Shown here in pieces: positions 20,286 to 28,870 of a stretch of 64,000 bases of DNA. The position numbers and the translations under genes are program-made. Positions within the stretch are counted from its first letter, which is position 1. Each line of letters begins with the position of its first letter. This DNA comes from an uncultured Planctomycetota bacterium. GTDB taxonomy: Bacteria; Planctomycetota; Phycisphaerae; Tepidisphaerales; Tepidisphaeraceae. Below the pieces are notes generated by a model. The model searched no databases. It saw nothing but the letters and a program-made list of their open reading frames with translations, and was not told the DNA's origin. The stretch is from positions 1,216,001-1,280,000 of the forward strand of contig CAWJEN010000005.1 in NCBI GenBank assembly GCA_963841915.1, written 5' to 3'.

Positions 20286-20816
20286 ATGCGTCACAACAAC
20301 ACGCTCTCCGCTCGTACCCGTCGCTCCGTCGCTCGTGGTTTCACGCTTGTCGAAATCCTGATCGTCGTGATCATCCTCGGCATCTTGGCCGCCATCGTCA
20401 TTCCGCAGTTCACGTCAGCATCAGAAGATGCCCGCAAGAACAGCGTCACCAGCCAGCTGCAGACCATTCGCAGCCAGGTCGAGCTTTACAAGCTTCAGCA
20501 CCGCGACCAGTTCCCGACCTCCGACGGTGCCGTCGGTAGCGCCTGGGACTGGAGCAAGCTGACGACCAAGACGAGTGCTGATGGCACCGCCGGTGGCAGC
20601 TTCGGCCCGTACCTGCAGGCCGTCCCGGTCAATGGTCTCAACGGCAACAGCGACATGGAGCTCGCCGCCGTAGCCGGTGCCGGCTTTGTGGTCGATGCCA
20701 ACGGCAAGATCTTCGCAACCGGCAAGGTCGACACCACGTACTACGACGAGGCCGACCGCGACGGTGACGGCGTCACCGACGAGGATGCAGCGACGGTCGG
20801 CTTCACCAGCCACTGA
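20286..20816 (+). CDS. Type IV pilin / GspG-like major pseudopilin
   Basis: G/FTLVEILIVVIILGILAAIVIPQF, LQTIRSQVELYKLQH, GPYLQ..P.N; SD-like AAAGGAA upstream. Confidence 0.85.
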   Translation: MRHNNTLSARTRRSVARGFTLVEILIVVIILGILAAIVIPQFTSASEDARKNSVTSQLQTIRSQVELYKLQHRDQFPTSDGAVGSAWDWSKLTTKTSADGTAGGSFGPYLQAVPVNGLNGNSDMELAAVAGAGFVVDANGKIFATGKVDTTYYDEADRDGDGVTDEDAATVGFTSH

Positions 20817-20928
20817 TCCTGAACCGCCTCTGAACCTTCTTTCCCGGCGGCCGGCCCAACAGCCGTCCGCCGGTTTCTCATGCGACGACCCGTCACGCCA
20901 CGTCGCACCTCTACTAGCGGAGCCCGTC

Positions 20929-21261
20929 ATGTCTCAGCCCACCGAAACGAACAAGACGCTCAAGGCCGTCATCGCCTTGCAAGCCCTGACGCTCGTTGCC
21001 GTCCTCGCCGCCCAACCCAACGCCTCAACCGCTCAAGCCGGCTTCGGCGACCGTGACCGTGCCCAGCCCGTGCTCCCCAACTCGGCGGCGCAGCGGAACG
21101 AAATGATCCGACTGCTCGCCCTCCAGGTCGAGAGCAACAAGACCGCTTCGAAGGAGCTCGGCAGTCGGTTCGACAAACTCGACAAGCAACTCGGTGACAT
21201 CGCCTCAACCTTGGGCGCTATCGAGGCCAAGCTGCCGGACCCGGTGGAGGATCGGCCATGA
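20929..21261 (+). CDS. Hypothetical protein (N-terminal hydrophobic segment, coiled-coil tail)
   Basis: GGAG upstream; stop overlaps the next start (ATGA); PNSAAQRNEMIR segment. Confidence 0.6.
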   Translation: MSQPTETNKTLKAVIALQALTLVAVLAAQPNASTAQAGFGDRDRAQPVLPNSAAQRNEMIRLLALQVESNKTASKELGSRFDKLDKQLGDIASTLGAIEAKLPDPVEDRP

Positions 21262-21779
21262 GCCGTCGCACACGAAGCGGCTTCACGCTCATCGAGATTC
21301 TGATGGTCGTGGCCGTCCTCGGCATCGTCGGGGTCACCGCAGTCGCTTATGTCGGAGGCCGTGACGACCTGAAGGTTGCCAGCGCGGCCAGGCGACTCGT
21401 CAGCGGCCTGCAGTTCGCCCAGAACCTCGCCATTGCCCGTCGCGTCCCGCACTATGTCGTCGACAAGAATGACTGGATCGCCGTCTACACCCGCGACGGT
21501 GCCACATGGGTGCCGGTCGAGCACCCGGCCGGTGGCGGCCTCATCGGTGTCGACATCTCAGGTAAAGAAGGCGTAACGCGGCACGACAGCACCTTCGACG
21601 GCTTGCCCGTGCTCGGCTTCGACGCGACCGGTCAACCGTTCAAGGCAGGGATCACCGGCAGCCCGCAGAATCCGCTAGCCGACCAGGCCGACTGCGAGCT
21701 CAAAAGCGGGAACCACATCGTCCGCGTCATGGTCGAACCGGTGACGGGTGAGGTGACCATCAAGGTGGTCAATCCGTAG
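21258..21779 (+). CDS. Minor pilin / GspH-FimT-like prepilin protein
   Basis: G/FTLIEILMVVAVLGI, AARRLVSGLQFAQNLAI, FDATGQP, VEPVTGEV. Confidence 0.8.
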   Translation: MSRRTRSGFTLIEILMVVAVLGIVGVTAVAYVGGRDDLKVASAARRLVSGLQFAQNLAIARRVPHYVVDKNDWIAVYTRDGATWVPVEHPAGGGLIGVDISGKEGVTRHDSTFDGLPVLGFDATGQPFKAGITGSPQNPLADQADCELKSGNHIVRVMVEPVTGEVTIKVVNP

Positions 21780-21803
21780 CTTCGGGCTCAATGAAGAAGT
21801 CGT

Positions 21804-22709
21804 TCAGGTGGCCAGCAGCACGGCCACGCCTGCCACGGCGACGACGGCTCCGAAGATTGCTCGCAGCGTGACGCGGTCTCCGGACCACGCGGCCAGCGGC
21901 AGAATCCAGACCGGTGTCGTGCTGAGCAAGGCCTGAGCAGGACCTGTGTCGGCTCGGTCGAAGGCGACCTGCTGCAACCAGATGCCGCCGAACGTGCCGA
22001 GCAATGCCGCCACGCCGGCGACGAGCCAGGCCGTTTTCGGTGCCTTTCCGGCCCGCTTCCAGTCACCGACAATGAGGGCCATCGGCACAAGGATCAGCGT
22101 CGCACAGCCGAGTCGCCAGAATGCGGTGGCCAGCGGATCGAGTTCGCTCTGCAGCAGGGCGGCGCGGTTGAGCAAAGCGCCGGTCGCCTGTCCGAGAGCG
22201 GCAAGAAGTCCGAAGACGATGCCAAGCCCGTAGCCGGCGATCTTGGGCGTCTTGTCCTGCGTCGGCCGCTCGGCGATGACCCACATCACCCCGGCGACGG
22301 TCAGGCCGATTCCGACGAAGCCGTACAGGCCGACGGTCTCATTCAAAAACGCGATGCCGCCGAACGTGGTGATCGGAACCGCCAGCAGGCTCATGAGCGC
22401 AACCCGCCTTGGCCCGATGCGGTTGACGCCTGCGAAATAGCACGAGTCACCGAGGCTGATGCCGATGATGCCGCTTAGGGCCAGGACAACGAGCACCCAA
22501 TGCGGCTCGCCGATGATGCGGGCAAAAAAGCTTGCGTCACCGAGTGCAAGGACGCCGCCGAAGAGCAATGTGACGGCAACGCCCTTGGCCGCATTGAGCG
22601 CGATCGGCGGGATGGTTCGACCGGCAGACGCGTACAGGACCGTCGCGACCGCCCAAAGCGCCGCGGCGGACGTGGCGGCAAGGAGGCCGATGGTCGTGGC
22701 GTCGATCAA
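21804..22709 (-). CDS. DMT (EamA) family transporter
   Basis: About 10 TM helices in two repeats; GISLGDSCYF, FLNE. Confidence 0.85.
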   Translation of the reverse strand: MIDATTIGLLAATSAAALWAVATVLYASAGRTIPPIALNAAKGVAVTLLFGGVLALGDASFFARIIGEPHWVLVVLALSGIIGISLGDSCYFAGVNRIGPRRVALMSLLAVPITTFGGIAFLNETVGLYGFVGIGLTVAGVMWVIAERPTQDKTPKIAGYGLGIVFGLLAALGQATGALLNRAALLQSELDPLATAFWRLGCATLILVPMALIVGDWKRAGKAPKTAWLVAGVAALLGTFGGIWLQQVAFDRADTGPAQALLSTTPVWILPLAAWSGDRVTLRAIFGAVVAVAGVAVLLAT

Positions 22710-22730
22710 GTCGCCAGACTACGGCAACCT

Positions 22731-23084
22731 TCAGGCGGCGAGACGCTGCTCAGCCGCTTGGGCGACATCGGCCAGAACGTTATCGAGTCGCCTGGCCAAA
22801 TCTGGCATGGCCGGATGCCTTTGCTTGCAGGTCGCCTCTAACGCTCGGGCAAGGGTCAGCAGTTCATCGACGTGCATCATTCCGGCCGCCCCCGCGATGA
22901 CGTGAGCGATTTTGGCCGTTCCCGCCGCGTCCTCGTTCTCGAGCGATCGCTGCAGCAATTGGCGACGCTTGGGTGTTTCATCGACGAAAATCGTCAGCAT
23001 GATCCGCAGCACCCCTTCGTCGCCGAAGCATGAGGCCTGTAGTGCCTTGTCGAACATCGAAGCAGTAGCAGTATCGGTCGGCAT
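22731..23084 (-). CDS. Hpt domain protein
   Basis: AHVIAGAAG (Hpt His motif), LARALE. Start uncertain. Confidence 0.75.
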   Translation of the reverse strand: MPTDTATASMFDKALQASCFGDEGVLRIMLTIFVDETPKRRQLLQRSLENEDAAGTAKIAHVIAGAAGMMHVDELLTLARALEATCKQRHPAMPDLARRLDNVLADVAQAAEQRLAA

Positions 23085-23088
23085 GAAG

Positions 23089-23529
23089 TTACTTGCAGAC
23101 GATGCCAGGAGCAGGTGCGTCATCGACGTGCTCTGCGAGGCGTTGCCCGTCCTTGATCGGCGGAATTGCACAGGCAGCGTCGATACGGCTTAGCAGGCGC
23201 TCGATGGAAAAGGTTGATTTCAGCACGTACGCGCTGATGCCGAGCTTCTGTGCCAGAAGGATCTGCGGCTTGTCGTTGGCTGCGGTGAGCATCACCACCG
23301 GCAGGTCGGCAAGAGGCGTGCTCGCCCGAACGTGCCTGAGCAGGTCGAGCCCTGACATGTTCGGCATCGTGATATCGAGAAGCAGGATGTCGAAGGTTTC
23401 GGCATCGAGTGCCAGGACGGCTTCGACGCCACCGGCGGCCGTGGTGACGGCGTGGCCTTGCTTGGTCAACGCTAGCGACAGCGGGTCACGGACGATGGCT
23501 TCGTCGTCAACTAGGAGTAGCTTCGCCAT
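23089..23529 (-). CDS. Single-domain response regulator receiver
   Basis: LLLVDDE, LLDITMP..GLDLL, VVMLT, YVLK. Confidence 0.88.
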   Translation of the reverse strand: MAKLLLVDDEAIVRDPLSLALTKQGHAVTTAAGGVEAVLALDAETFDILLLDITMPNMSGLDLLRHVRASTPLADLPVVMLTAANDKPQILLAQKLGISAYVLKSTFSIERLLSRIDAACAIPPIKDGQRLAEHVDDAPAPGIVCK

Positions 23530-23716
23530 AAGATCAGCGGGAGAAGTCTCCCCCGGCGTGCATCGACCCAAGCAGAGCAATGGGCATGGCCGAAGCAAAG
23601 TTTGCAAGCTATCGGTCCTAGGCGGTCAAGGCGTAGCAGCAACAACCGTCCTACCGTGCCGCCCGGCGGGGCGGCGTGTTGCCGCGACCCGCCGCCGCTG
23701 TTTGCCGCTTACTCCT

Positions 23717-25126
23717 ATGTCCGACAAGGCCAATCATCCGCCTCTGCCTGAGGCTTTTAAACAACTCGGCGTCGATATCGACGTACTTCGCGGCCTGGCC
23801 GACGCAGGTTACGAAAAGCCCAGCGAGATTCAGGGCCTCATGATCCCGCCGGCCCTCGATGGTCACGACATCCTCGGTCAGGCACGCACCGGCACCGGTA
23901 AGACGGCTGCATTCGGGATCCCGATGCTTTGCGAGGCCGTCCACGGCTACGCGACGCAAGGCATCATCCTCGTGCCGACGCGCGAGCTGGCGGTCCAGGT
24001 TGAGGCCGAGCTGACCATGCTCGCCAAACACACCAAGATCCGCATCGCCTGCTGCTACGGCGGTGACAAGATCGCCAAGCAGATGCAGGCGCTGAAGCAC
24101 AACCCGGAGATCGTCGTCGGCACGCCCGGCCGCATGATCGACCTCATGGAGCGCCGCGTGCTCGACTTCTGCAACATGCGGTTCCTCGTCCTCGACGAGG
24201 TCGATCGCATGCTCGACATCGGCTTCCGCGACGACATCAAGCAGATCCTCAAGCTTGTCAACGACGGGCTCGACATCCGCAACCGCGTCCGCGAGGTCTA
24301 CGGCGTCAAGTTCCAGAACGACTACGCCGACGCTGGTGACGCCGATGGCGTGCCCGAGCTGCCCGATGACGAGCTGCAGACGATGTTCGTCAGCGCGACT
24401 CTGTCAGGCGAAATCGAAAAGCTCGCCCGCTCCTACATGCGGAACGACGACGTCAAAAAGCTCGTCGCCACCGGCGCCGACGAGTCGCCGACGGTCGAGC
24501 TGGTCGAGCAGTGCTACCTGCCGATTCACCCAAAGAGCAAAGGCGACCTCATGGTCGCACTGCTTGAGCAGGAGAAACCGGAATTGGCCATCGTCTTCAC
24601 GCGGACCAAGCGCGGCGCCGAGAAGTTGACCAAGCGTCTGACGTCGGCCGGCGTCGACGTGCAGGAGATTCACGGCAACCTGAATCAATCCAAGCGCGAA
24701 AAGGTCATGAAGGGTTTCCGTGACAAGAAGTTCGACGTGCTGGTCGCGACCGACCTTGCCAGCCGCGGGATCGACGTTCGCGGTGTCTCTCACATCATCA
24801 ATTACGATGTGCCTGAGGACGCCGAGGCCTACGTCCACCGTATCGGCCGCACAGCCCGCATGGGCACCGAGGGCAAGGCCTTCACGTTCGTCACGCCCGA
24901 GCAGGGCCAGGAGCTGACGCGGATCGAAATGCTCATCAACATGGAGATTCCGCGTGGCCACATCGAAGGTTTTGACGGCGGCAACAAGGAAGTCACGCGG
25001 GCCAGTCAGGACGAAGTGATCGCCGCTGACGCGTCGAAGCAGAGCGGAGCTGAAGAAGGCATCAAGTCGGACGGCCCGCCGCGTCGCCGTCGCAACGTCG
25101 GCAAAAGCCCGTCGCGTCGTCGGTAG
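23717..25126 (+). CDS. DEAD-box RNA helicase
   Basis: ARTGTGKT, PTRELA, TPGR, DEVD, SAT, SRGID, HRIGRTAR. Confidence 0.95.
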   Translation: MSDKANHPPLPEAFKQLGVDIDVLRGLADAGYEKPSEIQGLMIPPALDGHDILGQARTGTGKTAAFGIPMLCEAVHGYATQGIILVPTRELAVQVEAELTMLAKHTKIRIACCYGGDKIAKQMQALKHNPEIVVGTPGRMIDLMERRVLDFCNMRFLVLDEVDRMLDIGFRDDIKQILKLVNDGLDIRNRVREVYGVKFQNDYADAGDADGVPELPDDELQTMFVSATLSGEIEKLARSYMRNDDVKKLVATGADESPTVELVEQCYLPIHPKSKGDLMVALLEQEKPELAIVFTRTKRGAEKLTKRLTSAGVDVQEIHGNLNQSKREKVMKGFRDKKFDVLVATDLASRGIDVRGVSHIINYDVPEDAEAYVHRIGRTARMGTEGKAFTFVTPEQGQELTRIEMLINMEIPRGHIEGFDGGNKEVTRASQDEVIAADASKQSGAEEGIKSDGPPRRRRNVGKSPSRRR

Positions 25127-25199
25127 CACGCCCTTTCAGAATGAGTCGCCGCTGCAACACTTGCGGTGCTCGTGGCGTATAGTGACTAGGAGATCCATC

Positions 25200-25583
25200 A
25201 TGAGCGACACCGCCACCCTCGACCGTACCTCTACCGAAGCCTCGCCCATCGGCCTGACCGCGTCGGCCGCGGATGAAATCCGCGAATACATCAAGGATCA
25301 GGAGCTCGACGAGAGCAAGACCTACCTGCGTGTCGGCGTCAAAGGTGGCGGCTGCAGCGGCTTCCAGTACACGCTCGACCTCGTCGAACTCGACGACGGC
25401 CCCGAAGAAGGCGAAGAATCGTTCGAGACGCAGAACCTGCGCATCGTCGCCGACGAGCGGAGCCTGCTCTACCTCGAAGGCGTCGAGATCGGCTTCCACG
25501 GCGAAGGCCTGCACACCGGCTTTGTCTTCAAGAATCCCAACGCCAGCAGCACCTGCGGCTGCGGCAGCAGCTTCACCGTCTGA
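25200..25583 (+). CDS. iscA: Fe-S cluster assembly A-type carrier (IscA/HesB family)
   Basis: GGGCSG and NPNA..TCGCGSSF. Confidence 0.9.
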   Translation: MSDTATLDRTSTEASPIGLTASAADEIREYIKDQELDESKTYLRVGVKGGGCSGFQYTLDLVELDDGPEEGEESFETQNLRIVADERSLLYLEGVEIGFHGEGLHTGFVFKNPNASSTCGCGSSFTV

Positions 25584-25612
25584 GGCGATCGAGCCTCGGC
25601 GGTACCCGCTTT

Positions 25613-25642
25613 CGACGCCCCGGCCCATCAGCCGGGGCGTCG
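25613..25642 (+). terminator. Hairpin, probable terminator after iscA
   Basis: Perfect 12-bp stem CGACGCCCCGGC/GCCGGGGCGTCG followed by TCTGTT. Confidence 0.55.
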
Positions 25643-25728
25643 TCTGTTATCTGCGACAGTTCAGGTGAAAGCAGGCTTTTGTTCGGCCGCATCAGCGCCG
25701 TCTGGACCTCGGCCGCATAGTGTCCCGC

Positions 25729-27231
25729 GTGCCGACGACTGACCAGGAAATTGAGCAACTCGCCAACCGCGAGTACAAGTACGGCTTTGTCAGCGACATC
25801 GAAGCCGACGAGGCACCCATCGGCCTGACCGAAGATACCGTCCGCTTCATCAGCGCCAAGAAAGAAGAGCCCGAATGGCTCCTCGAATGGCGGCTGCGGG
25901 CATTTCGCGTCTGGCAGGAGATGGAAGAGCCGCACCACTGGGGCAAGCTCCACTACGACCCCATCGACTATCAGGCGACCCGCTACTACTCGGCCCCCAA
26001 GAAGGCCAAGTACAAGAGCCTCGATGAGGTCGACCCCGAACTGCTGGCCGTCTACGACAAACTCGGCATCCCGCTGAGCGAGCGCAAGGCGCTGCTCGGC
26101 GTGGAAGACGCGGCCGAAACTGACGGCGACGATGTGATCAATGAGATGACGAAGCGCGGCGTCGCCGTCGATGCTGTCTTCGACTCGGTCAGCGTCAAGA
26201 CGACCTTCCAGGAAGAGCTCAAGAAGGTCGGCGTGCTGTTCATGTCCTTCGGTGAAGCAGCCCGGGAGCATCCTGAGCTCGTCAAGCAGTATCTCGGCAG
26301 CGTTGTGCCGTACCGGGACAACTACTACGCGACGCTCAACAGTGCCGTCTTCACCGACGGGTCGTTCGTCTACATCCCCAAGGGCGTCGATTGCCCGATG
26401 GAGCTGTCGACCTACTTCCGCATCAATGCCCAGAACACCGGCCAGTTCGAGCGCACGCTCATCATCGCCGACGAGGGGGCGAAGGTCAGCTACCTCGAAG
26501 GCTGCACCGCCCCGATGCGCGACGAGAACCAGCTGCACGCGGCCGTCGTCGAGCTGATCGCCCTCAAGGGGGCCGACATCAAGTACAGCACCGTTCAGAA
26601 CTGGTACCCCGGCGACGAGAACGGCAAGGGCGGCATCTACAACTTCGTCACCAAGCGTGGCAAAGCCGCCGAAAATGCCAAGATCAGCTGGACCCAGGTC
26701 GAGACCGGCAGCGCGATCACCTGGAAGTACCCCAGCGTCATCCTGCAGGGCGACAACAGCCAGGGCGAGTTCTTCAGCGTGGCCGTGTCGAACAAGCGAC
26801 AGATTGCCGACACCGGCACGAAGATGATCCACATCGGCAAGAACACCAAGTCGACGATCATTTCCAAGGGCATCAGCGCCGGCCGCGGCAACAACACCTA
26901 CCGCGGCCTCGTCCAGGTGAACAAGGGTGCTGAGAACGCCCGCAACTTCACCCAGTGCGACAGCCTCCTGCTCGGCGACCAGTGCGGCGCCCACACCGAG
27001 CCGTACATCGACGTCCGCAACCCGACGGCCAAGGTCGAGCACGAGGCCAGCACGAGCAAGATCGGCGAAGAACAGCTCTTCTACTGCGCCAGCCGCGGCA
27101 TCGAGCTCGATGACGCGGTCAACATGATCGTCAACGGCTTCTGCAAGGAAGTCTTTGCCGAGCTCCCGATGGAGTTCGCCGTGGAGGCGAAGGCGCTATT
27201 GGAGGTGTCGCTGGAAGGCTCGGTGGGTTAG
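25729..27231 (+). CDS. sufB: Fe-S cluster assembly protein SufB
   Basis: [57 protein letters not shown]. Confidence 0.97.
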   Translation: MPTTDQEIEQLANREYKYGFVSDIEADEAPIGLTEDTVRFISAKKEEPEWLLEWRLRAFRVWQEMEEPHHWGKLHYDPIDYQATRYYSAPKKAKYKSLDEVDPELLAVYDKLGIPLSERKALLGVEDAAETDGDDVINEMTKRGVAVDAVFDSVSVKTTFQEELKKVGVLFMSFGEAAREHPELVKQYLGSVVPYRDNYYATLNSAVFTDGSFVYIPKGVDCPMELSTYFRINAQNTGQFERTLIIADEGAKVSYLEGCTAPMRDENQLHAAVVELIALKGADIKYSTVQNWYPGDENGKGGIYNFVTKRGKAAENAKISWTQVETGSAITWKYPSVILQGDNSQGEFFSVAVSNKRQIADTGTKMIHIGKNTKSTIISKGISAGRGNNTYRGLVQVNKGAENARNFTQCDSLLLGDQCGAHTEPYIDVRNPTAKVEHEASTSKIGEEQLFYCASRGIELDDAVNMIVNGFCKEVFAELPMEFAVEAKALLEVSLEGSVG

Positions 27232-27232
27232 A

Positions 27233-27436
27233 GTGCCACGAAAGATTCGCGAACTGAAACGCGACCTCCTTGGCGCTGGCTTCAAGCTCGAAGGTGGTCG
27301 CGGCAAGGGCAGCCACGCGGTCTACAGCCACCCGAGGGTGAAGCGGAAAGCGACCATCTCGGGCAAAGACGGAGACGACGCTTCGGCTTACCAGGAGAAG
27401 CACGTCAGAGAAAAGATCAAGGAGTCCCAGCAATGA
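27233..27436 (+). CDS. hicA: HicA family toxin
   Basis: 67-aa basic ORF with RELKRDL..AGF..GKGSH..YSHP (HicA GSH motif). Confidence 0.85.
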   Translation: MPRKIRELKRDLLGAGFKLEGGRGKGSHAVYSHPRVKRKATISGKDGDDASAYQEKHVREKIKESQQ

Positions 27437-27793
27437 ATGACGAACATCTTCCCGACCCGAAGCGGGAACATCGCTATAGCCTGATGATCAATTGGTCGGA
27501 TACGAACAACGCGTTCCTCGTCTCGATCCCGGAGTTGCACGCCCGCACCCACGGCAACACGCTGCACGAGGCGATTGAGATGGCGAAGGACTTGATCGAG
27601 TGTCAGTGCAGGAGCCTGCGGTCTCGATCCGCTTCCAGAGCCACTGCTGTTCCGACCGCACGAACTTGCCGATCCGTTCAAGCGGGAATGGTTTCAAGAG
27701 TCGCTCGACAGATCGGGGCGGTGGTCAGATGAGCGAGAGGTGAACGGAGAACCAGTTCCGACAAAGGTCAAGAAAGAGGCCGCTGCTGCCTGA
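27433..27793 (+). CDS. hicB: HicB family antitoxin, apparently frameshifted near 27610
   Basis: YSLMINWS..FLVSIPEL..THGNTLHEAIEMAKDLI; the shifted frame gives the expected DPLPEP tail, ending at TGA 27791-27793. Confidence 0.75.
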
Positions 27794-27998
27794 CCTCAGC
27801 TTTATCTTCCGGCGGCGTTGGACTTACGCTCTCTTCTCTGCCCTGACGACGGCCGCAGGATGCGGCTTGATCATCGCTTGGAATGACGGTTTCTCGGTAG
27901 TCCGCTACGTCTTCGCCGTGACTGCAACCGCTTCCTTGTTATTCCCGCTCGTGCTTTGGATGACGCCGCCGGTGTCGAAAAGCAGGGGCCGCATCTAG
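27786..27998 (+). CDS. Possible 70-aa two-helix membrane protein (CTG start)
   Basis: Open frame LPDLSFIFRRRWTYALFSALTTAAGCGLIIAW...YVFAVTATASLLFPLVLW fills the hicB-sufC gap; AAGAGG upstream. Confidence 0.35.
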   Translation: MPDLSFIFRRRWTYALFSALTTAAGCGLIIAWNDGFSVVRYVFAVTATASLLFPLVLWMTPPVSKSRGRI

Positions 27999-28006
27999 TT
28001 TTGAAT

Positions 28007-28768
28007 ATGCCACTCCTCGAAATCAAAGATCTTCACGCCGAAGTCCCCGGCCGAACCATCCTCAAGGGCGTCAACCTCACCATGAACGAGGGCGAAGTCC
28101 ACGCCATTATGGGCAAGAACGGCAGCGGCAAGAGCACGCTGTCGCAGGTGCTCATGGGCAAGGAGAGCTACGAGGTCACCTCGGGCTCCATCCGCTACAA
28201 GGGCCAGGACCTGCTCGAGCTCTCGACCGAGGACCGGGCACGGGAGGGCATGTTCATCGCCTTCCAGTACCCCGTCGAAATCCCCGGCGTCTCGACGAGC
28301 TACTTCCTCCGCGCGGCCGTCAACGAGATCCGCAAGCACCAGGGCAAGCCCGAGCTGTCGGCGGCTGAGTTCATCAAGATGGTCCGCGAGAAAATGACGG
28401 CCCTCAAGATGGACCCGAGCTTCATGCAGCGGGCCGTCAACGAGGGCTTCAGCGGCGGCGAGAAGAAGCGCAACGAGGTCTTTCAGATGCTCGTCTGCGA
28501 CCCCCAATTCTGCATCATGGACGAGACCGACAGCGGCCTTGACATCGACGCGCTGCGGATCGTGGCCGAGGGTGCCAACGCCCTCCGCGACGGCAAGCGG
28601 TCGATGCTCGTCGTCACGCACTACAAGCGGCTGCTCGAGTACCTCAAGCCCGACTACGTCCACGTCATGATCGACGGCCGCATCGTCAAGACGGGCGGCC
28701 CGGAGCTCGCTGATCACCTCGAGCAGGAGGGTTACGAGGAGTTCGAGCGCGAGGTCGTTACCGCCTGA
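28007..28768 (+). CDS. sufC: Fe-S cluster assembly ATPase SufC
   Basis: MGKNGSGKST, AFQYPVEIPGV, NEGFSGGEKKRNE, DETDSGLDIDAL. Confidence 0.97.
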   Translation: MPLLEIKDLHAEVPGRTILKGVNLTMNEGEVHAIMGKNGSGKSTLSQVLMGKESYEVTSGSIRYKGQDLLELSTEDRAREGMFIAFQYPVEIPGVSTSYFLRAAVNEIRKHQGKPELSAAEFIKMVREKMTALKMDPSFMQRAVNEGFSGGEKKRNEVFQMLVCDPQFCIMDETDSGLDIDALRIVAEGANALRDGKRSMLVVTHYKRLLEYLKPDYVHVMIDGRIVKTGGPELADHLEQEGYEEFEREVVTA

Positions 28769-28870
28769 GCCGTGTGGCAGTGAGTGAAGAAACTGGCGAG
28801 GCTGGCGGCACTGTGCCGTGGCCGTAGATGTTCGTGAAAATGGAGAGGGCGTCAGTCCCTACACTCCCGC

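Noticed and set aside
23093..23716. Long N-terminal extension of the DEAD-box helicase in the ORF track (similar extensions on ald, the SBP and wzt)
   Set aside because: The extensions overlap genuine genes on the other strand or frame, and downstream ATGs fit family boundaries.
25573..27042. Long antisense ORFs (opposite sufB; also opposite xylB, ABC-F, ald, the GT39-like gene, etc.)
   Set aside because: Expected shadow ORFs in high-GC coding DNA; no recognisable motifs.
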